In this document: one piece after another, positions 9,401 to 18,770 of the stretch | How positions within the stretch are numbered: the first letter of the stretch is position 1 | Layout of the letters: every line of letters starts with the position of its first letter | Program-made: the position numbers and the translations under genes | Source: a virus | Taxonomy: Duplodnaviria; Caudoviricetes | DNA length: 64,000 nucleotides | Virus record (IMG/VR): IMGVR_UViG_3300025944_000010 | Coordinates: 3,069-67,068 of that record | Reading direction: 5' to 3' (one strand) | The notes under the pieces: model-generated | Seen by the model: the letters and a program-made list of their open reading frames with translations, nothing else | The model's database searches: none | What the model was told of the DNA's origin: nothing

Positions 9401-11341
9401 GATATTTCTGGCGTAGGGTCTTGTGCTCAAGAGCCTGCACTAACAGGAGATGTAACATCCAGTGGGTGTGCGGCCACGATAGCCAGTAATGCTGTAACGC
9501 AATCCAAGGTTACAGGTGGCTATGTCGATCTAACGAACGCCCAGAATCCGATTGCAGGAAATAAAACATTTTCCGGCAATGTGTCGGCACTATCATTCCA
9601 ATTCACACGCCGGATGGTGGATCAGGAGGCAGGTGCGGACTTCGGCGCAAAGCTGAATAACTGCATTGTCAATATCACGAATGGACTCAACGGAGCTTTT
9701 GGTGGCATTTGCGATGCGTCAAACCTGCAAGGATTTCAAGCAGCAGCGGCGACGATCACCGTTAACCACGATCTTGTAACAATATTGCTGCCTTGCAACG
9801 TAGTTTTGACGCTTGCCGGTTCCCCCGGTCTAAGTTGGACAAATACCAATGGTGCCATGCTTGGATGCTCTCAACAAAACACCATTATTACAACCTCATC
9901 CGCAACCGCAGACGTGATTTCCCTAAGCTCGCTAGCGACCAAAAATCATTTCTCAGATTTTACGGTTCAATCGGCAGTAACTAGAACTGCCGGTAGCGGT
10001 ATCAGAGTGTCAGGTGGGGATAATGATTTTGAGCGTATTGCTGTATTGCCAACATGGAATGGGGTAAGTCTCGATACTGCCACTAGCTCGGGAGGCAACA
10101 TCTTTCGTTCCGTGCGATTTGGCGGCGGCGGATCTGGTGGTGCGTGGAACTGCCAGACCAAGACCGGAGGCGTGGCAACTGGAAACGTAGCTTCAAACTC
10201 ATTTGTCCAAGGCGTTTGGGATAGCAATGGCGGAGCATCTGTAGCAGACGCTCTAATATGCATTCAAGACGGTACAGACTCGTTAGACATCATCGGAGGT
10301 CAAGCCGTAGCGAACTTGGGCGGGGGAACAGACGCTATTCCAGTTCACTTCGAATTGGTTAATGCTGGCAATGCCCCATCCAACATTCGCATTACTGGCC
10401 TCACAATGGAAGGAGGCGTAACTAAGCCTGCTATGAAGATAGATTCCGTCTTTGGAATGGAATGCACCGCTTGCACTTTTCAGTCCAGCTTGCAAGGTTT
10501 ACTGGCTAACTCTGGAACGCGTATTAAAATCAACGGTGGCCTGTTCTTCAATAACCAGCAAGAGGGTGTTCGTGACAACAATACAGCGGTTACCGATCTC
10601 CAAATACTCGGAGCAAGGTTCTGCAATAATGGACTAGGCACTACTAATACCTTTAGCGATTTCTTTGCGGTAGCTGCGGCCACCGGATTTTTTGTACAAA
10701 ATAACCGATTCCTTGCTTGTCAAGCGGGTGGCAATGCACCAAAAAACAACGTCGAGATCGCGTCAGGAGCAAGTACAAACTATCAAGTAACAAACAATGG
10801 GTTTGCCAATGCTACAGGAGCACCTATCTTAGATGGTGGTACAGGAACAGACAAGGTAATCTGCGGAAACACTCCAGATGCTACTGGCGTAAATTCATTC
10901 TGTAATGTACGCAAAATATATCTCACGGGTAACTATACAAATGCAACCACATCCCTGACTAACGTATCATCTGGTAATACTCTGGCTTTTGCGGTAGGAG
11001 CAAACAAAGATTATGCGCTAACCTGCGAGTTGTTCTATCAGGCTGCATCTACTGGTGGATTGCAAATAGGATTTACTGGCCCTGCTTCGCCTACAGCTAT
11101 AAACTATTCTGTGATGATGGCCACAAATGTAACAGCATCAAATTATGGATCAACTACAGCATTTGGTAATAAGATTCCGGCCACTGGAGTAGCAGTAGGG
11201 GCGGCGACAACAAACTTTCCTGCTCATATTGCTCTCATGTTACGTAATGGAGCTAACGCTGGAACAGTTACACTGCAAGCGGCAAGCGTTGCGTCAGCAA
11301 CTTTGACTATTAACAACACATCGTTTTGCACGATACAGTAA
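6464..11341 (+). CDS. 1625-aa repeat-rich fibre/spike-like protein with signal peptide and beta-helix-like C-terminal region
   Basis: MKKFLKSLTVILFYALAIG|Q; several internal repeat families; C-terminal third has right-handed beta-helix-like Gly/Asn/Ile periodicity. Confidence 0.75.
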   Translation: MKKFLKSLTVILFYALAIGQNLPNISTQTKGQLPINRLNAPGVAGLCLQTDGLGNVAVQSCSGTISGTVTNFSANNLSPLFVTSVFNPTTTPALSFSLSSFAPHTFFGNNTSVTAIPGAQSIGIADLPGSGAVTINTSFPIGGGGSLALGGSLSLTCASCVTNIPQLPITKTAVASSWINSYDSTTGLFTATRPAYTDLTGLPQLAVTKAAASSNWLRSYDSTTGLFVASQPAYSDISGTPQLAITKTSISSNWINSYNSATGLFTATQPATADLSDFPSQATNSGKFLTTNGTVLSWGSPSGAGTVTSFSSGNLSPLFTTSVATANTTPAQTFALSTAAAHLFFGNNTAITAAPAYEAIGNSDLPGSGGVTLNTTSPITGGGLVTLGNALTLACPSCLTSVTAHNLLSATHGDTTTHAVLRGDLIAGIGVAPTWTAVAKGGTNTYPKWNASGDVVASTLAASGVGSPTTCTNQAVTAFTLNADAAPTSTCTTITNAFTTGTFPATAHNLLSSTHGDTTPGSVVTGDVISGQSSAWARLAGNSTTTPQYLKSLGSGAAATAPSWAQVAYTDLSGVPSTFAPTAHNILSTAHGDTTAAAAVRGDGFFAIGVTPTWQRLAHPATTGGYFKWNGTDIVASSLAASGTGNCGANNFETGSNADAAPTCAQPAFTNLSGSVAAAQMPALTGDITSTAGTVSTTLATVATPGTNTKVTFNAKGLVTSGASAVLASADFVNQGTTTTLLHGNAAGNPSFAGVNLINDASANQGTVNQLLHGNAAGQPSFSAVASADLNLTTTACTNQFVSAISSGGVGTCTTDTLASAQHANQGTVNTVLHGNAAGNPAFSAVTSADTTGTFPATAHNLLSATHGDSTTGTVARGDIITGQGASPTWTRLAKGAANQLLSMDATGTDIIWAAPSGGTGTVTSFSSGNLSPIFTTSVATATTTPAQTFSLSTAGAHTFLGNNTGATAAPAYVQPAFTDISGVGSCAQEPALTGDVTSSGCAATIASNAVTQSKVTGGYVDLTNAQNPIAGNKTFSGNVSALSFQFTRRMVDQEAGADFGAKLNNCIVNITNGLNGAFGGICDASNLQGFQAAAATITVNHDLVTILLPCNVVLTLAGSPGLSWTNTNGAMLGCSQQNTIITTSSATADVISLSSLATKNHFSDFTVQSAVTRTAGSGIRVSGGDNDFERIAVLPTWNGVSLDTATSSGGNIFRSVRFGGGGSGGAWNCQTKTGGVATGNVASNSFVQGVWDSNGGASVADALICIQDGTDSLDIIGGQAVANLGGGTDAIPVHFELVNAGNAPSNIRITGLTMEGGVTKPAMKIDSVFGMECTACTFQSSLQGLLANSGTRIKINGGLFFNNQQEGVRDNNTAVTDLQILGARFCNNGLGTTNTFSDFFAVAAATGFFVQNNRFLACQAGGNAPKNNVEIASGASTNYQVTNNGFANATGAPILDGGTGTDKVICGNTPDATGVNSFCNVRKIYLTGNYTNATTSLTNVSSGNTLAFAVGANKDYALTCELFYQAASTGGLQIGFTGPASPTAINYSVMMATNVTASNYGSTTAFGNKIPATGVAVGAATTNFPAHIALMLRNGANAGTVTLQAASVASATLTINNTSFCTIQ

Positions 11342-11362
11342 TAGTCTCGCGGTAAGACTTTT

Positions 11363-12034
11363 ATGAGCACATCAGCCACAGGCGGTTATTTAATACCATC
11401 GGCAACGAACGCAAAAGAAGACGAAACTCTACGTGTGTTCTTTCAGCAGATGGTATCGGGGATAACCGGGATAGACGGAACGATGGTGCGTCCGAGATGG
11501 CAAGCGGAACCGCCAAACATGCCGCAATTTGGGAGCGATTGGGCAGCGATAGGTGTAACGAAAAGAGTGCGAGATACCAATGCCTACGTGACGCACAAGG
11601 ATACGATAGACGAAAACGGAAACAACATAATATCGGATTACGTCTATAGAAACGAAGTCATGGACGTGCTTTGTTCTTTCTATGGGCCTAACTGTGAAGC
11701 TAAATCAGAATTACTTGCCATGGGTTTAGAAGTAGATCAGAACCGAGAAATCATGCAACTATCCGGATTCGGGTTAGTATGTGTGGAAGATGCGGTAATG
11801 ATGGCGGATTTTTTTAACAACCGAGAAGTAACAAGAATCGATCTTCCATTTCAGATGCGCCGAGCACAGTTGTATCAATACTCAGTGCTCGATCTAGTAG
11901 CAGCGGAAGTAACTATTATTGAGGATATTGAAGGAGTGAGTGATACAATCACGGTGACGAAGCAGCCCTCATTCGGATTTAACGTGACGAATGGAAATGT
12001 GCAGGGATTCGGTGCAGGTAATTGGGTGCTATGA
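11363..12034 (+). CDS. Tail terminator / neck protein
   Basis: VSGITGIDG.MVRPRWQ.EPP motif; upstream of sheath. Confidence 0.8.
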   Translation: MSTSATGGYLIPSATNAKEDETLRVFFQQMVSGITGIDGTMVRPRWQAEPPNMPQFGSDWAAIGVTKRVRDTNAYVTHKDTIDENGNNIISDYVYRNEVMDVLCSFYGPNCEAKSELLAMGLEVDQNREIMQLSGFGLVCVEDAVMMADFFNNREVTRIDLPFQMRRAQLYQYSVLDLVAAEVTIIEDIEGVSDTITVTKQPSFGFNVTNGNVQGFGAGNWVL

Positions 12035-12366
12035 ACAAGGCGAAGTTAAATAAATTCGCGTACATACTACTTCGAGAGCGTCTTACGTTTGGCGATATGG
12101 AAGCAATACTAAACGAAGTAGAATCACCCGATGAGCCTGACATGGTGCCAGCGGTAGCAGGGTACATTGAAGAGATCGTAAGTCGCATTACTGCATCTGG
12201 CCTGAAATGCGCAGAGAATATGTGCAATACTGAGTTTGAAGATGTGAGAATGGTAAGGAACACTGTTGTTTTGGGTAGTGCTGGAATAAACCAAAGATTG
12301 GAATTTGTAGAAGTTCCGATGTGCGCCGATTGCCGTAGAAGAAATCCTGAGGCAGTCTTACTGTAA
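12022..12366 (+). CDS. Hypothetical insert with CxxC motifs
   Basis: Interrupts terminator-sheath synteny; its stop TAA lies inside the palindrome at 12355. Confidence 0.6.
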   Translation: MGAMNKAKLNKFAYILLRERLTFGDMEAILNEVESPDEPDMVPAVAGYIEEIVSRITASGLKCAENMCNTEFEDVRMVRNTVVLGSAGINQRLEFVEVPMCADCRRRNPEAVLL

Positions 12367-12384
12367 GACTAGGAGACAAGAAAA

Positions 12385-13872
12385 ATGTCAGTGCAAACAT
12401 TACCTATCAGTCGCTTAATAAATGTTTCTATCAGTCTCCTGCCGACAGCCGCGCAATCTCAGAATCTAAGTTCATGTCTAGTTTTAGGCAGCAGTGCAGT
12501 GATTGATGTAGTTTCAAGAATGCGAAGCTACAACACGATTACCGCCGTTGCTACTGACTTTGGAACGTCCGCACCTGAGTATCTAGCAGCGGTACTTTGG
12601 TTCCAGCAGAACCCGCAGCCTCAAGCGTTACTTATTGGACGCTGGGCAAAGACGGCAACCTCTGGACAGCTATTCGGTGGCCCACTGTCAGCCGCAAACA
12701 CTCTGCTATCAGCGTGGACGGCAATCAGTACAGGTTCATTCAAGATTCAAGTGGATGGTGGATCGCTGCAAAGCGTACTCAATTTGAATTTCTCTGGCGC
12801 ACTCAGTTTAAGCGGTGTAGCAGGAATAATTACAGCGGCAATTACTGGAGCAGTTTGCACCTATGATGCAGTGAACAATCGTTTCTTTTTTACCAGCACA
12901 TCGACAGGCGCAACTAGTAGCGTTTCATTCTTGACCGCTGGAGCAAGCGGAGTGGATATCAGCGTAATGTTGAATGGAAGGCAAAACGCTGGGAACGGTG
13001 CTTATGTAGCGAATGGAATTGTAGCTGAGTCCGCATTGGCAGCAGCTACAATCATGGATGGAACATTCGGGCAGCAGTGGTATGGATTGGTAATTCCAGA
13101 AGCCGTAGATGCGGATCATATCGCTGTAGCGGGATTCATTGAAGCCACAAACACCAAGCATTACTACGGGGTAACTACGCAATCTGCTGGCGTTCTGGTA
13201 GCTGCTACAACTACCGACATTGCCTCTGTACTTCAGGCTCTTGGATACAACAAGACGGCGGTACAGTACAGCAGTCAGAGTGCCTATGCGGTAATGAGTT
13301 ATCTGGCGCGAATACTACCGACTGACTATGCGGGAAACAATACCGTCATAACTTTGATGTACAAGCAGGAGCCGGGAATTGTCGCGGAGAATATCACTTC
13401 ATCTCAGGCCGATAGCATCAAGCAAAAAAATGCGAATGTATTTGTTGCCTACAACAACAACACGGCTATCATCCAGAACGGAACGAGTGCATCCGGACAG
13501 TTCACGGATACCGTAGTAGGGGCAGATGCATTTGCTATTGCGATTCAGACTGCGCTGTACAATCGCCTGTTCACGCTGCCAACAAAGGTTCCCCAGACAG
13601 ACAGAGGTATGCACATCTTAACTACGGATGTAACGGCAGTGTGCATCCAGTTTGTAAATGATGGCTACCTTGCTCCGGGAACGTGGACATCGGCAGGATT
13701 CGGAGCATTGAATACGAATGATTTTATGCCGGGATATTATGTCTATGCTCCTCCAGTTTCAACTCAGTCGCTAGCGGCAAGAGCGCAGAGAATAGCTGTA
13801 CCGATTCAGGTAGCGGCGAAACTAGCGGGAGCAGTTCATACGGCAAGCGTAGCGATTACAGTTAATCCGTAA
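12385..13872 (+). CDS. Tail sheath protein (DUF3383)
   Basis: LPISRLINV, V..DFG.SAPEY.AA..WF.Q.PQP..L.IGRW, TLMYKQEPGI, K.PQTD.G motifs. Confidence 0.92.
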   Translation: MSVQTLPISRLINVSISLLPTAAQSQNLSSCLVLGSSAVIDVVSRMRSYNTITAVATDFGTSAPEYLAAVLWFQQNPQPQALLIGRWAKTATSGQLFGGPLSAANTLLSAWTAISTGSFKIQVDGGSLQSVLNLNFSGALSLSGVAGIITAAITGAVCTYDAVNNRFFFTSTSTGATSSVSFLTAGASGVDISVMLNGRQNAGNGAYVANGIVAESALAAATIMDGTFGQQWYGLVIPEAVDADHIAVAGFIEATNTKHYYGVTTQSAGVLVAATTTDIASVLQALGYNKTAVQYSSQSAYAVMSYLARILPTDYAGNNTVITLMYKQEPGIVAENITSSQADSIKQKNANVFVAYNNNTAIIQNGTSASGQFTDTVVGADAFAIAIQTALYNRLFTLPTKVPQTDRGMHILTTDVTAVCIQFVNDGYLAPGTWTSAGFGALNTNDFMPGYYVYAPPVSTQSLAARAQRIAVPIQVAAKLAGAVHTASVAITVNP

Positions 13873-13883
13873 GGGAGAAAAAC

Positions 13884-14351
13884 ATGGCACAACAGGTTTT
13901 CACATACTCTTTCAAGGATGTACATGCGACCCTTGCGGGGCCGGGAGGGACAATCTCTCTAGGCAATGGTGCCAATGTAGCGGAAGAAGGAATTAGCTGT
14001 GAGCAGATTGAAGATAAAACCTCATGGCAGGTAGGGGCAGATGGCTCTGTGGCCTACAGCCTACATGCTGCGGAGATTTTCAGGGTAACGGTACGACTAT
14101 TGAAAACCAGTCCTACTAATCAGCAGTTATCCCAAATGTACACCTTCCAGAAAGGCAGTTCGCTGAATTGGGGGCAGAATACTCTGGTAGTCAGTAACAC
14201 GATTACGGGAGATCAATACAACGGAGCGCAGGTTGCATTTGTAAAATTTCCTTCCAATAACTTTGCGAAAGAAGCGCGTAACGTGGAATGGGAATTCGTT
14301 GTCGGTTTCATGGACAAGATTCTAGGCGGGGCAGGGCTACTGATAGTCTAA
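13884..14351 (+). CDS. Tail tube protein (DUF3277)
   Basis: TYSFKDV.ATL.GPGG, EEGI, GADGS...SLHA, VRLLKTSP.N motifs. Confidence 0.9.
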   Translation: MAQQVFTYSFKDVHATLAGPGGTISLGNGANVAEEGISCEQIEDKTSWQVGADGSVAYSLHAAEIFRVTVRLLKTSPTNQQLSQMYTFQKGSSLNWGQNTLVVSNTITGDQYNGAQVAFVKFPSNNFAKEARNVEWEFVVGFMDKILGGAGLLIV

Positions 14352-14383
14352 AAAGTCTTACGGTAAGACTCAGGGGGTTAAAG

Positions 14384-14533
14384 TTGAACATACTTTTAAT
14401 CATTGCTGCTCTTGTGTGTTTCCTGATTGGAGCATTCGGGGAGCCTTACCTTCCGCGTGTTCGCGTAGGATGGCTTGGGCTAGCGTTCTATATGATCTAT
14501 TTGCTCATGGCATTACTTTCAGGGCACCGTTAG
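14384..14533 (+). CDS. Small two-TM membrane protein
   Basis: TTG start after GGGGG; two hydrophobic segments. Confidence 0.55.
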   Translation: MNILLIIAALVCFLIGAFGEPYLPRVRVGWLGLAFYMIYLLMALLSGHR

Positions 14534-14553
14534 AGCGTTACCATGATCCCGCG

Positions 14554-14706
14554 ATGGCCTCAGTCAAGAAAACGCAGAAATGCCCCTTATGCCATGGACA
14601 CGGAAAAATTCAATGTCGAACATGCAAGGGCGAAGGGGAAATAGTTGTCGCCATAAACGGTAAACCAACAAAGAAACGGGCCAAGAAAGCAGTAGCAGGA
14701 AAATGA
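14554..14706 (+). CDS. Small DnaJ-type zinc-finger peptide
   Basis: CPLCHGHG / CRTCKGEG (CxxCxGxG x2); stop overlaps next ATG. Confidence 0.6.
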   Translation: MASVKKTQKCPLCHGHGKIQCRTCKGEGEIVVAINGKPTKKRAKKAVAGK

Positions 14707-16022
14707 ATATATCAATCAGCACAGTCCCCCTTGCATCTCTCACCTCTCACAATTGTTCCAATTCTCCGAATTACAATAAGGCAAATTTTCCCAAAATGTT
14801 TACAGGGGTAACGCACAAGGATTTAAGCCTCAAGCCTTATCCTGTGGATTCAAACCTGAGAGATGATGGACTCACGCCAGCCGCTCCGATGAATATTTCC
14901 AAGGCATCGCTACGCAATCTTATGCCGCCGAATTGGAGAGGAAAGCTAGTTAAATTCTGGCAAGCTTACGTCTACGATGGCAGCTCTCATCCCTTAGCCG
15001 GATACCTCAATAACGATCCTGCCGTGATTGAAAGGCAGGTTGCGGACAGCCGGGGATTTGATGTAAACACGGTCGATCTCTATGGCGCAAACTTCAAAGG
15101 GGCTGGCAATGATTTTGTAATGGACACGATTGCAACCGCCTGCCCCAAATACAATCAGACTTTTTACGCCACATTCGATCAGCAATGTCTTACCGCAGGG
15201 TCAAATAACATTCCAACTAGCCAATATCAAAATGCACTCATCGCATACATTGACCATGTAGCGGACAGGTACTTCAACCATCCCGCGTATGAGCATTATC
15301 AGGGTAGACCGATGCTTGGTTTCTGGGGTTTCGGCAGAACGCTTAGAGGAGTTCCGCTCGACTGGCAAGCCATTAAAGCTGCAATACGTGGCAATCCATG
15401 GATCATTCTATATCAGGCAGATGGATTCGCTATTCCGGGTTCAGATGGAGCAATGAGCTGGTTGCCGACTAGTGCGCAGCCGGGAAACCCATCAGGATCA
15501 AACTATCTCAAAAACTACATGCTTCCTGCCATGGCCGCACATTCAAATAAAATAGCTATTAGTTCGGCATGGGCAAGATTCAATGGAACTAAAACCAGAA
15601 ACAAGGCATGGTCAGATGGAAAATTCTTGGACGGCATGGGAGGCATGACGTTACTGGAAACAATGGGCATCAATGCGGCGTTCGCTGCCATGCACAATCT
15701 GCCTTATCTGCAATTGGTTTGGGATGACCTAGAAGAATCGGATGACCTGATAGCGGGAGTGGAAAACGATGTATCAATCACGGCCAATGTAAGCGGTACG
15801 CAATTATCTTGGACAGTAACAGGACATGAGCAGACAATTTCCTCTTACGATATTTACGCGGAAGCCACGGAAACGGAAGTCTACAAACTAGGCTCAGTTG
15901 CTCCGGGTCAGCCGAAAGTATTCGACCTGAAAAATTCCCTGATAGATTTCAGCACTCAGTCATTCTACGTTTACGCAGTGGGCCAGCCGTGCATTCAGAA
16001 TCGTTTGGTAAAAGCGGCGTAA
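14703..16022 (+). CDS. Glycoside hydrolase-like protein (GH71/GH99-like barrel + Fn3-like domain), copy 1
   Basis: Y..Y.GRP....W, YQA.GF...GSDGA..W and WDDLEE motifs, then beta-sandwich; paralogous to the N-terminus of 19889..22057. Confidence 0.6.
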   Translation: MNISISTVPLASLTSHNCSNSPNYNKANFPKMFTGVTHKDLSLKPYPVDSNLRDDGLTPAAPMNISKASLRNLMPPNWRGKLVKFWQAYVYDGSSHPLAGYLNNDPAVIERQVADSRGFDVNTVDLYGANFKGAGNDFVMDTIATACPKYNQTFYATFDQQCLTAGSNNIPTSQYQNALIAYIDHVADRYFNHPAYEHYQGRPMLGFWGFGRTLRGVPLDWQAIKAAIRGNPWIILYQADGFAIPGSDGAMSWLPTSAQPGNPSGSNYLKNYMLPAMAAHSNKIAISSAWARFNGTKTRNKAWSDGKFLDGMGGMTLLETMGINAAFAAMHNLPYLQLVWDDLEESDDLIAGVENDVSITANVSGTQLSWTVTGHEQTISSYDIYAEATETEVYKLGSVAPGQPKVFDLKNSLIDFSTQSFYVYAVGQPCIQNRLVKAA

Positions 16023-16448
16023 ATGAAGGAGAAAGATAAACCGTCTTCACGCTGGAATGTAGATAGCCTTTTCGATTATTTCAAGGCGTTGATTGAGGCG
16101 GAAGCTCGTAGTACAGATCAGAGGTTTATAGATCAAGAGAAAGCGGTAAAAGCCGCACTCGCCTCAGCGGAAACAGCGGTAAACAAGGCAGAATATAACT
16201 CCGAGAAATGGCGGGACAGTTCAAATGAATGGCGCGATGCAATGGATGATCGGGAAGTCAAGTTTCTACCGCGCTCCGAGTATCAAGGTGCGCATCAGGC
16301 ATTGATTGACCGCATTGGCTTTCTGGAGAATAGAGTTACCAAGAATGAAGGAACAGGGCAGGGGCTTAAACAAGGATGGGGTTATCTAGTTGCAGCAGCT
16401 GGATTCGTTCTAGTGCTGATAGGTATTTTTGTGGCATTAAAGAAATAA
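16023..16448 (+). CDS. Coiled-coil protein with C-terminal TM helix (holin-like/XhlA-like)
   Basis: C-terminal WGYLVAAAGFVLVLIGIFVALKK. Confidence 0.55.
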   Translation: MKEKDKPSSRWNVDSLFDYFKALIEAEARSTDQRFIDQEKAVKAALASAETAVNKAEYNSEKWRDSSNEWRDAMDDREVKFLPRSEYQGAHQALIDRIGFLENRVTKNEGTGQGLKQGWGYLVAAAGFVLVLIGIFVALKK

Positions 16449-16488
16449 AGTCTTACCGTAAGACTAAATATTTTGTATACTCTTACCC

Positions 16489-16920
16489 ATGCCAAGAGAG
16501 TTGACACTACCTGCCCCTGACGGCCATACCTACCAAATTGGAACACTAGACGCTATGCAGCAATGGGCCATAGCCAAGAGATTTATCAATCAGGCCAATT
16601 CGCGGAAAGAAGCATGGGAGCGCGAGAATGGTAATAGTGATAACTCTAAGGTGTTTAGGGAACCATCGCTAGAATCGCTTTTAAGCGGCATGTCGGACGA
16701 AGATAGCCAGACGGTCATCCATACCGCGCTGAGGGTTGTAACGCGAAGGGGAGAGCAAGGCGGGTGGTTTCCTGTAATGACGCAAGGGACAAACAAGATG
16801 CAATTTGCGGATATGAAGATGGAAGCCTTGATAGCTTTGACCTTCGCGGTAATGAGGGACAATATCGACAGTTTTTTTACTACAGAGCAACCCGATTCGA
16901 CAGCACCCAAAACGGCCTAG
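16489..16920 (+). CDS. Tail assembly chaperone (G)
   Basis: GHTYQIGTLDAMQQW.IAKR motif; upstream of tape measure. Confidence 0.8.
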   Translation: MPRELTLPAPDGHTYQIGTLDAMQQWAIAKRFINQANSRKEAWERENGNSDNSKVFREPSLESLLSGMSDEDSQTVIHTALRVVTRRGEQGGWFPVMTQGTNKMQFADMKMEALIALTFAVMRDNIDSFFTTEQPDSTAPKTA

Positions 16921-17108
16921 ATGTTGCTCTGGTAAGAATGGCCAGCGAAGAAGATTGGTTATTGTCTCTGGTTAAAGAGGGGATGATACGATACAGTGAC
17001 TTGAAGGATGGAACGGTATCGCTTGAGGATTGTGCAAGGATGAGCGATTACTTGAACGTAAGGCAAGAGAATCAGGCGCGTATCAATAAGTCTCTGGAGA
17101 ATAAGTAG
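16870..17108 (+). CDS. Tail assembly chaperone -1 frame extension (GT; DUF6889-like)
   Basis: Slippery T TTT TTT at 16872-16878; -1 frame open to 17108 (EDWLLSLVKEGM..YSDLKDGT.SLED.A.M.D.L.V..EN). Confidence 0.7.
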
Positions 17109-18770
17109 ATGGCAGACGATATTTTAAAATCCTATCTAGTCGCCATCGGCTTCAAGCTTGACGAACAAGACTACAAAAAGTTTAAAGACTCCCAATTAGA
17201 TACAGAAAAAAGAACCAAGAATATTAGTAAGGCATTCTCTGACTTTGCCAAAGTAGGCATAGGTGCATCTGTAGCTCTGGGTGGAATGGTAATCAAGGTT
17301 TCATCCGACCTTGAGAAGTTACATTTTCAGGCGAAAAAATCAGGGACAAGCGCTCAGAATTTGAAAGCCTTCGGGGACGCTGCTGCTCAGATTGGTATGC
17401 AATCTGAGGAAGCAATGGGACTAGTAGAAGCCTTTGGAAACAAAATAGCTTCGGGCAAGTACGTGGGTGCGCTGAATTTCTTGGGAGTAAAGCAGGACAA
17501 GGACTCGATTAAGACGCTTCTGGATTTAGTCGATAGCCTTTCAAAGGCAAACCCAATAGTACAGGAATCATTTGCAGAGCAGTTTGGAATCAGCGGGGAA
17601 GATATCAGGACACTGATTCGCGGTAGAGAGGAACTGCATAAATACTATCAGGAACGTAGGCAGGTTTACGCTGACATAGATCAACAGTCAATGGCAGCGC
17701 ATAAAGCGAATGAAGAATTCAGGGATTTAGAGGCAAGGTTTTCCGCTCTTACTGCTACCGTAGGCACTTCATTTCTGCCACTGGCAAAGCAGGTAGTTTC
17801 TATACTTGAGGTAGTAGTAAAAGATTTAATCGAAGCCGATAAGGCTACCGATGGATGGAGCAGTAAGATGCTTGGTTTGACTGCTGCAATAGGTGGAACT
17901 ATTGGAGGACTAAAGGCTCTTGGGATGCTCAAGGGATTGCTTGGCGCAGGGGGAACGGCTGGGGCTGGAAGTTCGGTGGCAATGGGTGTACTTGGGGCGG
18001 GTTCGCTAGGCGGAATACTGGCTAATTGGGGAATTAATATCAAGGCCGATGAGTTGGATATCAGGGCCAAAGAAGGTTTGGATTCAGTAGCCAATCAAAA
18101 CAGAACAGAGATAGCAATGGGTAGGCTGTTTACCAAGGAAACAGGACTGGACAGATTAACTCATGGATTGGAATACTCTGCATGGCTTAAGAGGAAAAAA
18201 GGTTCTGGGGGAATTGGCCACATGCAATTATCTGAAGGGGGTTCAAGCGTTAAGGGTTTACTTGATAAGTATGCAGCGCAGTATGGTGTCGATCCTGCAT
18301 TGATTGAAGCGCAAGCATATCAGGAATCACGCTTCAACCCGAAGGCGCTAAGTCCCAAAGGGGCAATGGGTGTAATGCAACTCATGCCCAATACGGCCAA
18401 GCTATTAGGTGTCGATCCTAAAAACACTGAATCAAATATTGAAGGCGGCGTAAGAATGATGGCCGGATTGCTGAGAAAGTATCACGGTGATACTTCTTTG
18501 GCCTTGGCTGCCTACAATGCAGGAGAGGGAGCAGTAGATCGTGCTCATGGAGTGCCAAGGATTGCGGAGACACAAGACTATGTGGCAGCTATTCAGCGTA
18601 GGATGGTTAGCCAAGCAGCAGGAAATACTATCAGCGTAAAGATGGATCAAAAGACAGATATTCACGTAAACGGTTCGGGCGATGCAAATAAGACCGCTGA
18701 CTTAGTGGCCAATGAGCAGAGCAAAGTAAATTCAGGATTGGCGAGAGACTTCGCGGGAGCGTTTCAGTGA
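17109..18770 (+). CDS. Tape measure protein with C-terminal lytic transglycosylase (SLT)
   Basis: ILKSYLVAIGF N-terminus; QES.FNP.A.SPKGAMGVMQLMP and ALAAYNAGEG SLT motifs. Confidence 0.9.
   Translation: MADDILKSYLVAIGFKLDEQDYKKFKDSQLDTEKRTKNISKAFSDFAKVGIGASVALGGMVIKVSSDLEKLHFQAKKSGTSAQNLKAFGDAAAQIGMQSEEAMGLVEAFGNKIASGKYVGALNFLGVKQDKDSIKTLLDLVDSLSKANPIVQESFAEQFGISGEDIRTLIRGREELHKYYQERRQVYADIDQQSMAAHKANEEFRDLEARFSALTATVGTSFLPLAKQVVSILEVVVKDLIEADKATDGWSSKMLGLTAAIGGTIGGLKALGMLKGLLGAGGTAGAGSSVAMGVLGAGSLGGILANWGINIKADELDIRAKEGLDSVANQNRTEIAMGRLFTKETGLDRLTHGLEYSAWLKRKKGSGGIGHMQLSEGGSSVKGLLDKYAAQYGVDPALIEAQAYQESRFNPKALSPKGAMGVMQLMPNTAKLLGVDPKNTESNIEGGVRMMAGLLRKYHGDTSLALAAYNAGEGAVDRAHGVPRIAETQDYVAAIQRRMVSQAAGNTISVKMDQKTDIHVNGSGDANKTADLVANEQSKVNSGLARDFAGAFQ

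Noticed and set aside
6464-11341. Diversity-generating retroelement target in the fibre genes
   Set aside because: No reverse transcriptase and no near-identical TR/VR pair differing at adenines; the repeats are diverged protein repeats.
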